Below the pieces are notes generated by a model, which made no database searches, was not told the origin of the DNA, and saw only the letters and a program-made list of their open reading frames with translations. A stretch of 64,000 nt of DNA from Escherichia phage vB_EcoM-UFV09, in sequence record MZ291552.2, one strand, 5' to 3'. Below, in pieces: positions 39,864 to 50,260 of this stretch; position 1 is the stretch's first letter, and each line of letters begins with the position of its first letter. The translations under genes were made by a program, and so were the position numbers.

Positions 39864-40032
39864 GGAGTTTAATTTCCTTAGCAACTGAACTAAATACAGC
39901 ACGGTCACAAATCATACGTTTGTTCCATTTAATCACGGTATAATGAACATCTAAATCATCGACTGCTGTGACAATAACGATATGTCCGTTAACACGATAG
40001 TACTGGTCAATTTTAATCTCTTTATCAACCAT
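39856..40032 (-). CDS. small hypothetical protein
   Basis: 58-aa ORF not in the track, hand-translated: MVDKEIKIDQYYRVNGHIVIV.... Confidence 0.3.
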   Translation of the reverse strand: MVDKEIKIDQYYRVNGHIVIVTAVDDLDVHYTVIKWNKRMICDRAVFSSVAKEIKLHG

Positions 40033-40190
40033 ATCAATTCCTCAAAGGTAATTCATATGTTAATAATACCACGGTTTGAACTTGTTGTAAACAACTTTGT
40101 GAAAAATATTTTATGGAATGATAAGAAAGGAACGATAGCTTACAATGGTAATATACAGAATGTGAGAAAGAAGGGCCCAGAGGGCCCGTC

Positions 40191-40514
40191 TTAGTCTTCT
40201 ATGATATCTCTATCATATCCAAGTGAAATGAGAGTTTCTTTGAAGTGTTTAATGTTCTTTTGTCTAGAATCATTAATGAAAATGACAGGATACCGAATAT
40301 TAAGAGATGTGAATCCGGCGCGTTTGGCAAGAGATACAATCAGTGGACGATCATACTCAATCTTACCATTATTAGTAAGAACTTTATAGAAAGTAAAAGG
40401 AGCATTGAGCTCCTTTAGAAGTTTTGTAACTGATTGACATCCAGGACAACGACCTACTTCATCTGGAATTCCATAGACTTCAATCTTATTCTTTAAGTTC
40501 GAGTTTTGTTCCAC
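40191..40514 (-). CDS. glutaredoxin/NrdH-like redoxin (start uncertain)
   Basis: CPGC active-site motif; no in-frame ATG after the upstream stop, GTG at 40512-40514 proposed; the track ORF extends to 40643 in overlap with the upstream gene. Confidence 0.45.
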   Translation of the reverse strand: MEQNSNLKNKIEVYGIPDEVGRCPGCQSVTKLLKELNAPFTFYKVLTNNGKIEYDRPLIVSLAKRAGFTSLNIRYPVIFINDSRQKNIKHFKETLISLGYDRDIIED

Positions 40515-40797
40515 GAGAAATAATTCCTTGGTAAGCCCAATAAGGAGGATTAACAGAATCCTCACCAGAGTTTTCTTCAGGAAAATAAACCTGGATAACG
40601 AAGCCGGATTCATCAAAGGTGAAATAAGTAGTAGGCAGTTCACCTAACAAATCGGCACGAGCATTAATTTCTTCGAGGTCTTGTTCACGTCCAACCCAGA
40701 AGCTTGGGTTCAGACTACATTCATAGAAATAATAGTCATTACCGAACATATCAAAACCATTCCAACTCTCTACTACATACCGCTCAAAACTAATCAT
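40486..40797 (-). CDS. hypothetical protein
   Basis: 103-aa ORF. Confidence 0.4.
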   Translation of the reverse strand: MISFERYVVESWNGFDMFGNDYYFYECSLNPSFWVGREQDLEEINARADLLGELPTTYFTFDESGFVIQVYFPEENSGEDSVNPPYWAYQGIISRGTKLELKE

Positions 40798-40799
40798 AA

Positions 40800-41015
40800 T
40801 TAAGCCTTTTTATCAAGAACAGCATTCAGCTTGTTAGTAATTTTATCCAGACGCTCATTGAACTCACTAGAAGATAAGCCCTTTTCTGGAGAAATTAAAC
40901 TAATAACGAAAAATACAACAATAAAAGGAATAAGGAAAATAGCTCCAACTGCCATAAACAGAAAGAATGTTACAGTTGTAAGAAAATCAGCTAAACCTTT
41001 ACGAAATTTATACAT
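40800..41015 (-). CDS. small membrane protein
   Basis: 71 aa with one long hydrophobic segment. Confidence 0.4.
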   Translation of the reverse strand: MYKFRKGLADFLTTVTFFLFMAVGAIFLIPFIVVFFVISLISPEKGLSSSEFNERLDKITNKLNAVLDKKA

Positions 41016-41130
41016 ATTTTACCCTTAATTGATTAACCAAGCATTGATAAACACTAAACTATATTGGGAATAAAATTCTGGACCAAAATGAAAAATCATA
41101 TCATTTATAGTATCCATAATGTAATTCAAT

Positions 41131-41601
41131 TTAATCATGTTTCCACACCCCATCGGTATTTGACCAAAGTCGCTGATTATCTGATCCTCGCCACAGCTTT
41201 TTAGTCGGAAGATTTTTCTCATACTTCCCATCAATAATAACATCAACATATTTAAGCATTTCTAGTTGTTTAATATCTTCAAACTTATATCCTGTCCACA
41301 ACCAAATGCTTTTATTAGGATAAAGATTTTTAATAGTTTGAACCACAGAGTGAATCACGTCTCTGTTATCAGGATAGAGAGGGTCACCTCCAGTTATAGT
41401 TAATCCTTCTATATAATCATTATTCAAACATTCAATTAATTGTTCTAGTGTTTCACCAGTGAATGGAACGCCATTTCTAGCATTCCATGTTGATTTATTA
41501 TAACACCCTTCACATTTATGCAAACAACCTGTAACGAAAAGAACGACCCTGCATCCAGGGCCATTCACAAAATCACAGGGATAAAATCTATCGTAATTCA
41601 T
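41131..41601 (-). CDS. nrdG: anaerobic ribonucleotide reductase activating enzyme (radical SAM)
   Basis: 156 aa; CxxxCxxC cluster motif (CLHKCEGC). Confidence 0.9.
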   Translation of the reverse strand: MNYDRFYPCDFVNGPGCRVVLFVTGCLHKCEGCYNKSTWNARNGVPFTGETLEQLIECLNNDYIEGLTITGGDPLYPDNRDVIHSVVQTIKNLYPNKSIWLWTGYKFEDIKQLEMLKYVDVIIDGKYEKNLPTKKLWRGSDNQRLWSNTDGVWKHD

Positions 41602-43415
41602 TGGTGTTTAACCCTATGCATGATTTCTTTATTTTTGCCGAGATTAAATCCGCGTTCGTTCGGATTTCCCAAATAACCACATGTTCTTCTTATTGTGTTC
41701 ATCTTTTTAGGATCAGTTTCTCCACAAATAGAACAAACAAATCCGTTTTCAGTAGGAGTCATTTCATGGGTACTTCCACATGTAAAACATTTATCTACTG
41801 GCATATTAACACCAAAATAATCTAAATGTTGTGCAGCATAATCCCATACGGCCTCAAGACCCTTTAAGTTATTTTTCATATCAGGAAGTTCAACATAAGA
41901 AATGTGGCCGCCTGTCGCAATGAAATGATATGGTGCTTCGCGAGAAATCTTTTCAAACGGAGTAATATTTTCTTCTACTGAAACATGGAAACTGTTAGTG
42001 TACCAACCTTTATCGGTAACATCCTTTACACTTCCATATTTTTCGGTATCAAGTTTACAGAAGCGATAACAAAGGTTTTCAGCAGGAGTAGAATACAAAC
42101 TAAAAGCAAACCCAGTTCTTTCAGTCCACTGTTTAAGACGAGCATTCATTTTAGTTAAAATTTCCTGTCCAATATCACGACCGACAAGAATATTCAATTC
42201 GTGAATACCAATGTATCCTAGAGACACTGAACTTCTGCCATTTTTAAATAACTCAATTATATCGTCATCAGGTTTAAGACGAACCCCGAATGCACCTTCT
42301 TGATAAAGAATAGGAGCAACAGTCGCTTTAACTCCTTTTAAGGAACTAATTCTACACATCAAAGCTTCAAAACATAAATCCATTCGTTCATTGAATAATT
42401 CAACAAATTTCTGTTCATTGAACTGTGTTCCAATATAAGAATCTAATGCGATACGAGGAAGATTCAGTGTTACAACACCGAGATTATTACGTCCATCAAG
42501 AATTTCATTGCCAGTCGAATCTTTCCATACGCTCAAGAAACTACGACAACCCATTGGAGAAACAGGAATAGATGAGCCGGTGATAGCTTTATTGTTCTTA
42601 GCCGAAATAATATCAGGATACATTCTTTTGCTTGCGCACTCTAGAGCAAGCTGTTTAATATCATAGTTCGGATCGTCTTTATAAAGATTAACACCTTCTT
42701 CAACGAACATAACAAGCTTAGGGAAAATAGGAGTTATCCCATCACGACCAAGACCTTTAATACGATTTTTCAGAATTGCTTTCTGAATCATTCGTTCAGT
42801 CCAGTCAGTTCCTGTACCAAATGTAATTGTTACAAAAGGTGTTTGTCCGTTTGAGCTAAAGAGAGTATTTACTTCATATTCATAAGCTTGGAATGCATCG
42901 TATACATCTTTTTCTGTTTTAGATTGAGCATAATTCAACGCATCAGCGATTTGCCATTTTTCTGCATCCTCAATATGTTTTGCATAGGTGCGTTTAACAT
43001 AAGGAGAAAGTACTTTATCTACATTAGCAAAAGTCGTTCCGCCGTATTGATGGGAAGCAACCTGTGCAGTAATTTGTGCCATAATTGCAGTAGCAACACC
43101 GATTGATTTAGGAGTTTCAATCTGTGCATTACCAAGCTTAAATCCGTTCTCAAGCATTCCTTTTAAATCTACTAAACAACAATTAGTAAATGGAAGAGCA
43201 GGGGAATAATCAATATCGTGGAAATGAATAATTCCGCTTTCATGCGCTTTCATAATAAAAGACGGGACCATATTTTTGGCAATGTGTTTAGACACAATAC
43301 CAGCCATAAGGTCCCGTTGAGTTGGAAAAACACGAGAATCTTTATTAGCATTCTCGTTTAAAAGGTCTTTATTAGTTTTATGAATCAATCCTTCAATTTC
43401 TTTTTCAATTGTCAT
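41598..43415 (-). CDS. nrdD: anaerobic ribonucleoside-triphosphate reductase, uninterrupted
   Basis: 605 aa; C-terminal zinc ribbon and glycyl-radical region; single continuous ORF. Confidence 0.95.
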   Translation of the reverse strand: MTIEKEIEGLIHKTNKDLLNENANKDSRVFPTQRDLMAGIVSKHIAKNMVPSFIMKAHESGIIHFHDIDYSPALPFTNCCLVDLKGMLENGFKLGNAQIETPKSIGVATAIMAQITAQVASHQYGGTTFANVDKVLSPYVKRTYAKHIEDAEKWQIADALNYAQSKTEKDVYDAFQAYEYEVNTLFSSNGQTPFVTITFGTGTDWTERMIQKAILKNRIKGLGRDGITPIFPKLVMFVEEGVNLYKDDPNYDIKQLALECASKRMYPDIISAKNNKAITGSSIPVSPMGCRSFLSVWKDSTGNEILDGRNNLGVVTLNLPRIALDSYIGTQFNEQKFVELFNERMDLCFEALMCRISSLKGVKATVAPILYQEGAFGVRLKPDDDIIELFKNGRSSVSLGYIGIHELNILVGRDIGQEILTKMNARLKQWTERTGFAFSLYSTPAENLCYRFCKLDTEKYGSVKDVTDKGWYTNSFHVSVEENITPFEKISREAPYHFIATGGHISYVELPDMKNNLKGLEAVWDYAAQHLDYFGVNMPVDKCFTCGSTHEMTPTENGFVCSICGETDPKKMNTIRRTCGYLGNPNERGFNLGKNKEIMHRVKHQ

Positions 43416-43885
43416 TTTAAACTCTTTCTAAGCTGCTTCTTAAATGAAGCTATTAATTGTGTTTTAGTGTCAGATTCATTATATTCAAATCCTCTTTGAA
43501 GCATCTCGGCCATCATTTCCTCTTTTCCCAAACGAGAAAATTCCTTTGATTTATCTCCAACAAAGTTAGGGTGAATATTATTTTGGGTGTAATCGGATTT
43601 TAAATAAGTAAGTAAATTTTCTAACCATTCAAGATAATCAACACCTTGTCCCTTTAAGCCAGAACGATTAAATTTATGCTTCATTTGACCTTCTGCGGCA
43701 TTACAGAGATTACAAAGCAATCCACGCACCTTTCCTGCTTTCGGTCCATTTAATTCATGGTCATGGTCGAGGTGATTAGCTTGAACATCAGGATTTAGTT
43801 CTCGTTGGCAAATTAAACATTTACCATTTTGTGCATCATAAAATTTCTGTTTTTCTTCTTTGTATAATTTGCCAGTCAATAACAT
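43412..43885 (-). CDS. 49: endonuclease VII (Holliday junction resolvase)
   Basis: 157 aa; matches recalled T4 gp49. Confidence 0.9.
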   Translation of the reverse strand: MLLTGKLYKEEKQKFYDAQNGKCLICQRELNPDVQANHLDHDHELNGPKAGKVRGLLCNLCNAAEGQMKHKFNRSGLKGQGVDYLEWLENLLTYLKSDYTQNNIHPNFVGDKSKEFSRLGKEEMMAEMLQRGFEYNESDTKTQLIASFKKQLRKSLK

Positions 43886-43926
43886 AATAAACCCTTACCT
43901 TAAATAGATAAGGGTATTTATTATTT

Positions 43927-44103
43927 TCAAGTATTGTAAAAGGCTCGATGCAATCGCTTATACTGCCGAATCATCTTTTTAGTAGGACGAGAATAAGTTC
44001 CTACACAAGTGGTCATATTAGGGTCGGTAGGACTTCCTTTAATAAAAAGTTTCCAAACCTTACCACCATTTAACTTTTCAGTATAAATCAATTCAGTTTT
44101 CAT
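43927..44103 (-). CDS. small hypothetical protein
   Basis: 58-aa ORF not in the track; ATG overlaps the upstream stop (TAATG). Confidence 0.3.
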   Translation of the reverse strand: MKTELIYTEKLNGGKVWKLFIKGSPTDPNMTTCVGTYSRPTKKMIRQYKRLHRAFYNT

Positions 44104-44549
44104 TAAAACGCTCGGTCAGAAAAAGATTTTTGGGTTTCAAGCCATTCAATATATTCTGCCGCAGCTTGCATCAAATTTCCTTCATAGCCATCGTTATTTT
44201 CTTGTGCAGCTAATTTAGCCAATGCGTATGAAATACGTTCACCTTGAAAATCAGCTTTAGGCTTCTGGACAACTTGATTAGTTCGCTCTACAACTTCTTC
44301 AATTTCGCCATTTTCGACTGATTCAGTATTCCACAAGCACCAATACGTAATTGGCTTATCGTAGATGTTAATAATCTTTCCATCAGAAAGTTCAATTTCA
44401 ATAATTCCAGTGTCAGGCTCTATATCATCTTCACATTCTTTTGCAAGTTCACGAACTTTAAAGACAGTACCTGCACTAAGTTCCGGCCAGTAATTACATA
44501 GCCCTGTATCAGCACGATTAATTCTAAACCACTTATCTACTGTAATCAT
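44103..44549 (-). CDS. hypothetical protein
   Basis: Track ORF begins at a TTG (44567); first ATG gives MITVDKWF... (~148 aa). Confidence 0.4.
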   Translation of the reverse strand: MITVDKWFRINRADTGLCNYWPELSAGTVFKVRELAKECEDDIEPDTGIIEIELSDGKIINIYDKPITYWCLWNTESVENGEIEEVVERTNQVVQKPKADFQGERISYALAKLAAQENNDGYEGNLMQAAAEYIEWLETQKSFSDRAF

Positions 44550-44672
44550 GTCCCATCTCCATATCAATTAAGTCATTTATCGTTGGTTCATTATATACTG
44601 TTTCTTCATCAGTGTAAACCGGTTCTTCCGGCTCTGGCTCTACAGTTTCCCATCTAGCCGCCCACCAAGGTT

Positions 44673-44993
44673 TTATAGCGTAATCCATTCTCGTACTATC
44701 TGAGTTACTACACGTTCACGGGGCTCGACTAGTTCAACAGTCGGAACTGCATAATACCAGTCAGAATGATAGGAACCTGACCGAGATTCATTTACAGCCA
44801 CATGTACATTATGTTTTGGACTAAAGTAAACACACTGACGATATTGGCATTTACCATCTTGCACCCAGTCTTCTATTTCGATAGGTTTAAGATAATCGGA
44901 AAAATCGAAATCATAGTTTTCCGAAAATGCATCATGGTCTTCAATGATTTCGCTCAGAACTGCATCAACATCTAATTTATTTTCAATAGTCAT
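44673..44993 (-). CDS. hypothetical protein
   Basis: 106-aa ORF. Confidence 0.4.
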   Translation of the reverse strand: MTIENKLDVDAVLSEIIEDHDAFSENYDFDFSDYLKPIEIEDWVQDGKCQYRQCVYFSPKHNVHVAVNESRSGSYHSDWYYAVPTVELVEPRERVVTQIVREWITL

Positions 44994-45176
44994 TTTTCAC
45001 CAATTAATTTCGCAATTTATTAAGTTCTTCATCATCAATCCAGGATTCTAATCCTGATGGCAGGGCACATTCAATTTCCCAAAGAAGTTCTTCAATTTTC
45101 TGAAGACGATCTAGTTCTTCGGCTGGAATAGTAACCATTGACGGAGCTCGTGATACATTAATATCGTAAATCATAT

Positions 45177-45392
45177 TTACCCCAATTTAACCATACAATC
45201 GCCGTATTTCCACTTAGAAATAGACTTTTCACCATTAGAATAATAAACTTCGAGTTTAGCACGATTATTTTTAATTTGAATAACCTTTGCTGTCATCAAA
45301 GTTCCATACCCATAATAAACTGCAACTTCATCACCTACATATACCGCGCTTCCGCGGTAATCATGGATATAATCAGTTCCTTCGAGAATCAT
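45177..45392 (-). CDS. small hypothetical protein
   Basis: 71-aa ORF. Confidence 0.4.
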   Translation of the reverse strand: MILEGTDYIHDYRGSAVYVGDEVAVYYGYGTLMTAKVIQIKNNRAKLEVYYSNGEKSISKWKYGDCMVKLG

Positions 45393-45652
45393 TTAAAGTA
45401 TTCTCGCAGTTGGTCAAATCCACCAATATGACTTCCATCAGGAGCAAATACCTGAGGCATTGTCAAGCCGATTTGAGTATCACGACTTAGTTTAGTCAGA
45501 AGCTCAGCGATTTTCTCATCATCAAAAACACCTTTTTCCGGCATAATGTTGATAAATTCAAACGGCTGTTTCTTCACGGTCAAAAGACGTTTTGCATTAT
45601 CACAATACACACATTTATGGATGTTGCTATCATAACCATATAATTTAAACAT
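45389..45652 (-). CDS. nrdC: thioredoxin/glutaredoxin NrdC
   Basis: 87 aa, near-identical to recalled T4 NrdC (CVYC active site). Confidence 0.9.
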   Translation of the reverse strand: MFKLYGYDSNIHKCVYCDNAKRLLTVKKQPFEFINIMPEKGVFDDEKIAELLTKLSRDTQIGLTMPQVFAPDGSHIGGFDQLREYFK

Positions 45653-45653
45653 A

Positions 45654-45932
45654 TTATTCCTTAATTCCTAGTACTTGTTTAAAAGTCTCGTCGTAATCAA
45701 GACTTTGGCCCGTTTGTTCTTTATGTTTGTATATAATATCACTTACTTCTGATAGCATATTTTTATATGAACGAGTTAAAGCAGATTTAAGCACGCTGTA
45801 TCTATCAGGAAATTTACCGTGTTCATTATAATAAGCTATTGCTAATTCACGGACTGCCTTTTCAGCAGCCTCCATATATTCTTTACGCTTGGTCATTTTA
45901 ATCCAAAATATTATTAGGCATTGGTTGAACAC
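45654..45932 (-). CDS. hypothetical protein
   Basis: 92-aa ORF. Confidence 0.4.
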   Translation of the reverse strand: MFNQCLIIFWIKMTKRKEYMEAAEKAVRELAIAYYNEHGKFPDRYSVLKSALTRSYKNMLSEVSDIIYKHKEQTGQSLDYDETFKQVLGIKE

Positions 45933-46287
45933 TCACAAGTTCTTTAAAGAACTCAGTAGAGTCAGGCAATTTAACCATTTCCGGAGCATGCTTACTGAAT
46001 TTATGTTTACATTGACGGCATTTATATTCAAGCTCTGGTTTACGCCAGTTAATCAATTGAACTTGTTCAGTACCGCATTCAGGGCAATTAGGAACGTTTT
46101 TAGAAGCTCTTTCACGTCGTTCAACCATAGCCATAATAGCATCCCATGCTGGAGGTTTAAAATCTAAATCGTCGCAGCCGTGAATCTTTCCACGCATTTC
46201 CATATCATCTTCCTCACCAGCCATAATAATTTTAATTAGACTAGAATTACTTGAAGCTGCAATGTCTTCTAATAAACGCTTTTTCAT
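45898..46287 (-). CDS. zinc-ribbon hypothetical protein
   Basis: 129 aa with CPECG...CRQC. Confidence 0.4.
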   Translation of the reverse strand: MKKRLLEDIAASSNSSLIKIIMAGEEDDMEMRGKIHGCDDLDFKPPAWDAIMAMVERRERASKNVPNCPECGTEQVQLINWRKPELEYKCRQCKHKFSKHAPEMVKLPDSTEFFKELVSVQPMPNNILD

Positions 46288-47210
46288 TTCAATACCTCAA
46301 TAGCATTACGTAAACCATTTGCTTTTGCGTTAAGAGATTTTAACAATTTGGTGTGTTCTGCAATTTGGGCTTCAACTTCAATCAAACGGGCATTGAGATA
46401 TTCGCGTTCTTCTTTCATAGTATCATTCCCATGATTGGGTTTTGGTGCAGATTTAAATTCACTAGGGTCCTTTAACTTAATAACAAATTTAGTTTCAAAC
46501 AGTGAAAGACCATAATTCGTATTATCATCAAAGGATTTAACTACATCCATATTAGATAATAACTCATGCAAATTATAAGACAAAGAACTAATAGTTTCAT
46601 TGTGTTTATTAGCTTCGCGTGGTTTCATATACGGAAGATTTTTATATATCTCATGCGGAGCACAAATGATAATTGACAATTCAAATTGTCCATTCTGGGA
46701 CGATGGAGTGAATTTAGCCGTAACCCAGTCTTTTACATTCACATTAATAGTACGGTTATCACCATGACAAAACAATCTACGAGAATGCTTAAAAAGCATA
46801 TTCACGTTATTATTGAATTCGTGTGAAAATTCACTGGCAAATTTTTCTTTACTATCTTTAGAAAACCATTCTTCTAAATAAGTTCTTTTCACGTCGTTAA
46901 TAATATTAAATGTAACAACATTAGCATTTGATACATTAGTCTCAATGTAGCTTGGATACATAAATTTTTTAACATTATTAACAGCTATCACAGAAGATAG
47001 TAATCGGGAACGTTTGAACCACTCGAGCAAAGAACCAAGAGAATGTGAATACGCGTTTTGCGTATCTTTACAAATATGGTTTTCCCATCCAATATAGTCT
47101 AAAAAATCACGAAGAATATTATTGATTACTGCTCTGTGTCCTATCTGATAATTACGATGTTTAGTAATAAGACTGTCAAAATAATCAATATAATGTTTAC
47201 GAGTTTTCAT
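46284..47210 (-). CDS. hypothetical protein with C-terminal coiled coil (family member 1 of 4)
   Basis: 308 aa; C-terminal ~40 aa heptad-like (…[29 protein letters not shown]). Confidence 0.5.
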   Translation of the reverse strand: MKTRKHYIDYFDSLITKHRNYQIGHRAVINNILRDFLDYIGWENHICKDTQNAYSHSLGSLLEWFKRSRLLSSVIAVNNVKKFMYPSYIETNVSNANVVTFNIINDVKRTYLEEWFSKDSKEKFASEFSHEFNNNVNMLFKHSRRLFCHGDNRTINVNVKDWVTAKFTPSSQNGQFELSIIICAPHEIYKNLPYMKPREANKHNETISSLSYNLHELLSNMDVVKSFDDNTNYGLSLFETKFVIKLKDPSEFKSAPKPNHGNDTMKEEREYLNARLIEVEAQIAEHTKLLKSLNAKANGLRNAIEVLK

Positions 47211-47264
47211 GTTCTTCTCACTTGGTTAATGATTTATACTCCGAGCCATCCTTGGCTTTAAATT

Positions 47265-48296
47265 TTACTTAATTAACTGTAAAGCTTGTTCAAGACGATC
47301 AAGACGATTAACGGATTCTTCCCAAATCTTTTTAGCCTTCTCATATTCTTTCTGTGCTTTATTAGAAATTTCTAGAGCTCCTTTATAAGCTTTTTCTAAT
47401 GCAATAATTTCTGGACGAATTTCTACCGGTTCAGGCGAATCATCAAGATTATCCATTAGTTCCTCAAGGGTAGTTTCTTCTTTAGGGGTATTCACAATTT
47501 CTTCGCATTTTTGTTGGTAAATTTCTTTATCAGTCGGTGAATACGCACATTTCACTTCACGAAGACTAACTACAATTTTGTATCCTTCCCAACCACACAT
47601 ATTCTTAAAAGGATATGTATGAATATTTTCTACTGTTTCCATACAAAGTAATGCAGTCTCTAACTGACGAGTTATAGTGCTAGCAATTGAGAAAAATTTA
47701 TTAATATTCTTTTGGTTAGCGTTTGGTGTAAAAAATCCATAATTCACAAAAATAGCTACTTTATTTTCGTCAAGCTCATATTCTTTTACGATAATCATAT
47801 CAGAAGCCAAAGGATGAATTTGACGATAATCGCCATAACATAATTTAGAAGCTGATTTTAGAATTTGTCCTTTGAAAAGTCTGAAATTACTAATCCAACG
47901 ACGAGTAAAAATATTCTCAGGGTCTTCTTTATTATTAAGATGATAAGAATTAACATCACCGAACCAATTGTATCCTACTACATTTTTAGTTCGTTTAATT
48001 TCTTTCCCAAATTTACCAAGAATATCTCTGTTAACTAAATATGAAAGAAGACGAGACCCTTTAAAGGTTTCCTTAATATCATCTTTATCTGCACGACTAG
48101 AAATTTTATGAACTTCATGAATAAATTTGCTGGAAGAAACAATGCTTGCATCAGTATTATTGAGCCATTGATTGATAATAGAAATAACACTATTCTGACT
48201 AGACATAGGTTTAACTTTATCATCAATAACGCTATTGAATGATTTGATATATTCGTTGCGAGTCATATTAATCTCCTCAGTAGAAAGTAAGAACAT
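47265..48296 (-). CDS. hypothetical protein with C-terminal coiled coil (member 2 of 4)
   Basis: 343 aa; C-terminal coiled-coil-like tail. Confidence 0.5.
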   Translation of the reverse strand: MFLLSTEEINMTRNEYIKSFNSVIDDKVKPMSSQNSVISIINQWLNNTDASIVSSSKFIHEVHKISSRADKDDIKETFKGSRLLSYLVNRDILGKFGKEIKRTKNVVGYNWFGDVNSYHLNNKEDPENIFTRRWISNFRLFKGQILKSASKLCYGDYRQIHPLASDMIIVKEYELDENKVAIFVNYGFFTPNANQKNINKFFSIASTITRQLETALLCMETVENIHTYPFKNMCGWEGYKIVVSLREVKCAYSPTDKEIYQQKCEEIVNTPKEETTLEELMDNLDDSPEPVEIRPEIIALEKAYKGALEISNKAQKEYEKAKKIWEESVNRLDRLEQALQLIK

Positions 48297-48324
48297 TATA
48301 CCACATCCTTGTGGCGAAGTAAAC
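48295..48324 (-). promoter_or_regulatory. T4-type early promoter
   Basis: Minus strand reads GTTTACttcgccacaaggatgtggTATAAT. Confidence 0.5.
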
Positions 48325-49343
48325 TAGTTTAGTGCATTTAGTGCATTGTTCAATTTAGAACGTTGCTTTGTCAGATTTTGAACCCTTGACTGAGCTTGTT
48401 CTAACACCTTTTCAGCTTCTAGCACTTCATTGGTCGCTTTAATGAGTTCAGCATCTACTGCCTTAAGAGACTTCTCAATCGCGTCAGCGTGCCATTTTTC
48501 TACAGGTTTAAAATTTGAATTTTCAGTAGGAAGAAAATTCACTTTATTAAATTTCCATGCATCTTTATTACCTGAGCTATACATCCAAAATTTAGGATCG
48601 TTTGATGAGCAATTAGATAAATTTAAGTTATCTTGTACTTCCTGCTTTTTCTCTTGCGGGACTTCATCCTTTCTCAAAAAATCGTATTTAAATGAAACGA
48701 TCATATCAAGTTCATACGTTGTTGTATGTTCCCAATTTCGCTCAAAATGAGGTAAAATCTTAGACTGAACAGCGGCAACAACATCCATATACTTAAATGC
48801 TTCTGTCAACTGTGATTTAAGGCATTCACAAATTGAAAGAGAATTTTTTGTATTAGGCTTAAAGCTAATTCGTGCAGTTCTATTATTTTCTTTTAACGGT
48901 CTTACTTCCATCTGAAGAGTATAACCATCAAATTTCAGGTTCTTTAAGTTAATGTCAGAACCTTTTAATCGACTAGCAGTAGACAAAATTTGCTTTAATT
49001 GTTTACGGAATAAAGCAATAAATCTCCATTCAAGACGATAATGATTTGGATTAAAAAATCCTGTTGATAAATCAACCTTACTCTGACCAACGCCTTGAAC
49101 AAATAGAGGATTTTTATAATCAATAGTTTTACAGAAATCGGTGAGCTGCTCACGAGCAGTCATTTGTGTAATATATCCCGCTTTACTAAAATGACGTAAC
49201 CATTCACTGCTATTCATATACTTAAAGTGAATGGAACTATTAACTCTATCAGGGTCTAAATTATTTTGGCACAAAAATGTCATAACATTACGGGTATAGC
49301 TAGCATTACGAACCATATCTTCAATTTGAGAACGAGTTTTCAT
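48324..49343 (-). CDS. hypothetical protein with C-terminal coiled coil (member 3 of 4)
   Basis: 339 aa; C-terminal coiled-coil-like tail. Confidence 0.5.
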   Translation of the reverse strand: MKTRSQIEDMVRNASYTRNVMTFLCQNNLDPDRVNSSIHFKYMNSSEWLRHFSKAGYITQMTAREQLTDFCKTIDYKNPLFVQGVGQSKVDLSTGFFNPNHYRLEWRFIALFRKQLKQILSTASRLKGSDINLKNLKFDGYTLQMEVRPLKENNRTARISFKPNTKNSLSICECLKSQLTEAFKYMDVVAAVQSKILPHFERNWEHTTTYELDMIVSFKYDFLRKDEVPQEKKQEVQDNLNLSNCSSNDPKFWMYSSGNKDAWKFNKVNFLPTENSNFKPVEKWHADAIEKSLKAVDAELIKATNEVLEAEKVLEQAQSRVQNLTKQRSKLNNALNALN

Positions 49344-49351
49344 AGTGTTCC

Positions 49352-50260
49352 TTAAGATTTAAGTAAATCAACAATTTTAATTAATTTTTCACGCTCAGAT
49401 TTAGCTTTACTACTCAATCCAGATAGTCTGAAAATTTCATCGTCATACTGTTGAATAGAAATATTTAGCTCTTCAATTTGCTTATTAAAATAATCAATTT
49501 GCTCAGAATGTTTTTCATTACTGCGAACTGGTATAGGGTTTGTAGGCAATTTAGTTGAACTAGATTCATCCGGGCGATAAATTAAAATACAACTTGAACC
49601 AATTGGACATTTTGCACCAGATGAATATTCTAATGTTCCGGCTTCTTTTAAAACTTCAAAAGCTAAACAGAGATGATGCCCCATATTAACATAATCTGTA
49701 GAGCGAGCTCTGATGTAATAATCATCTCCGCGAATACTAAATTTAAAGCATTTAAGGTCTTCTGTATTATTGGTCTTAAAAATCATTTGTTTATCTAGAC
49801 CTTTAGCTAATCGAGCGCCTAATGCTAATAATCGTCGTTGATTTTCCCACAAATCTGCGATCATTTGGTCAAATGATAATTTCGGCATTAGTCGACCATA
49901 AAGGTCATATCCTTTATTATAATTACGAAGGATTTCACTCGCGTTAATACGAGACAATGCTCCAATTTTATTAAGGGCTTTCATAATGCGATTAGATAAA
50001 CCCATTCCAGACCCGTTTGTTCGCTGCAAATGTTTTTCTAATCCAAATCCAATATCAACTTTAAACTTATCTAAAATTTCTGCATGAACATCTCTGTCAA
50101 TAACATTCAAATCCAAAGTTGGGTTAAATCTATGAAAAAATTTATCTGGCTCTCCACGACGAAGTACAGTCCATTCATTCATTTTTTTATTAACTAAAGA
50201 TTTAATTACTGTATTGACATTATTAATTACTACTGACATATTTTCCTCACTCAATTTCAA
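49352..50260 (-). CDS. hypothetical protein with C-terminal coiled coil (member 4 of 4)
   Basis: 302 aa; C-terminal coiled-coil-like tail. Confidence 0.5.
   Translation of the reverse strand: MKLSEENMSVVINNVNTVIKSLVNKKMNEWTVLRRGEPDKFFHRFNPTLDLNVIDRDVHAEILDKFKVDIGFGLEKHLQRTNGSGMGLSNRIMKALNKIGALSRINASEILRNYNKGYDLYGRLMPKLSFDQMIADLWENQRRLLALGARLAKGLDKQMIFKTNNTEDLKCFKFSIRGDDYYIRARSTDYVNMGHHLCLAFEVLKEAGTLEYSSGAKCPIGSSCILIYRPDESSSTKLPTNPIPVRSNEKHSEQIDYFNKQIEELNISIQQYDDEIFRLSGLSSKAKSEREKLIKIVDLLKS

Noticed and set aside
41598-43415. Group I intron or homing endonuclease insertion in nrdD, as in T4.
   Set aside because: nrdD is one continuous 605-aa ORF adjacent to nrdG; no interruption or embedded endonuclease ORF is present.
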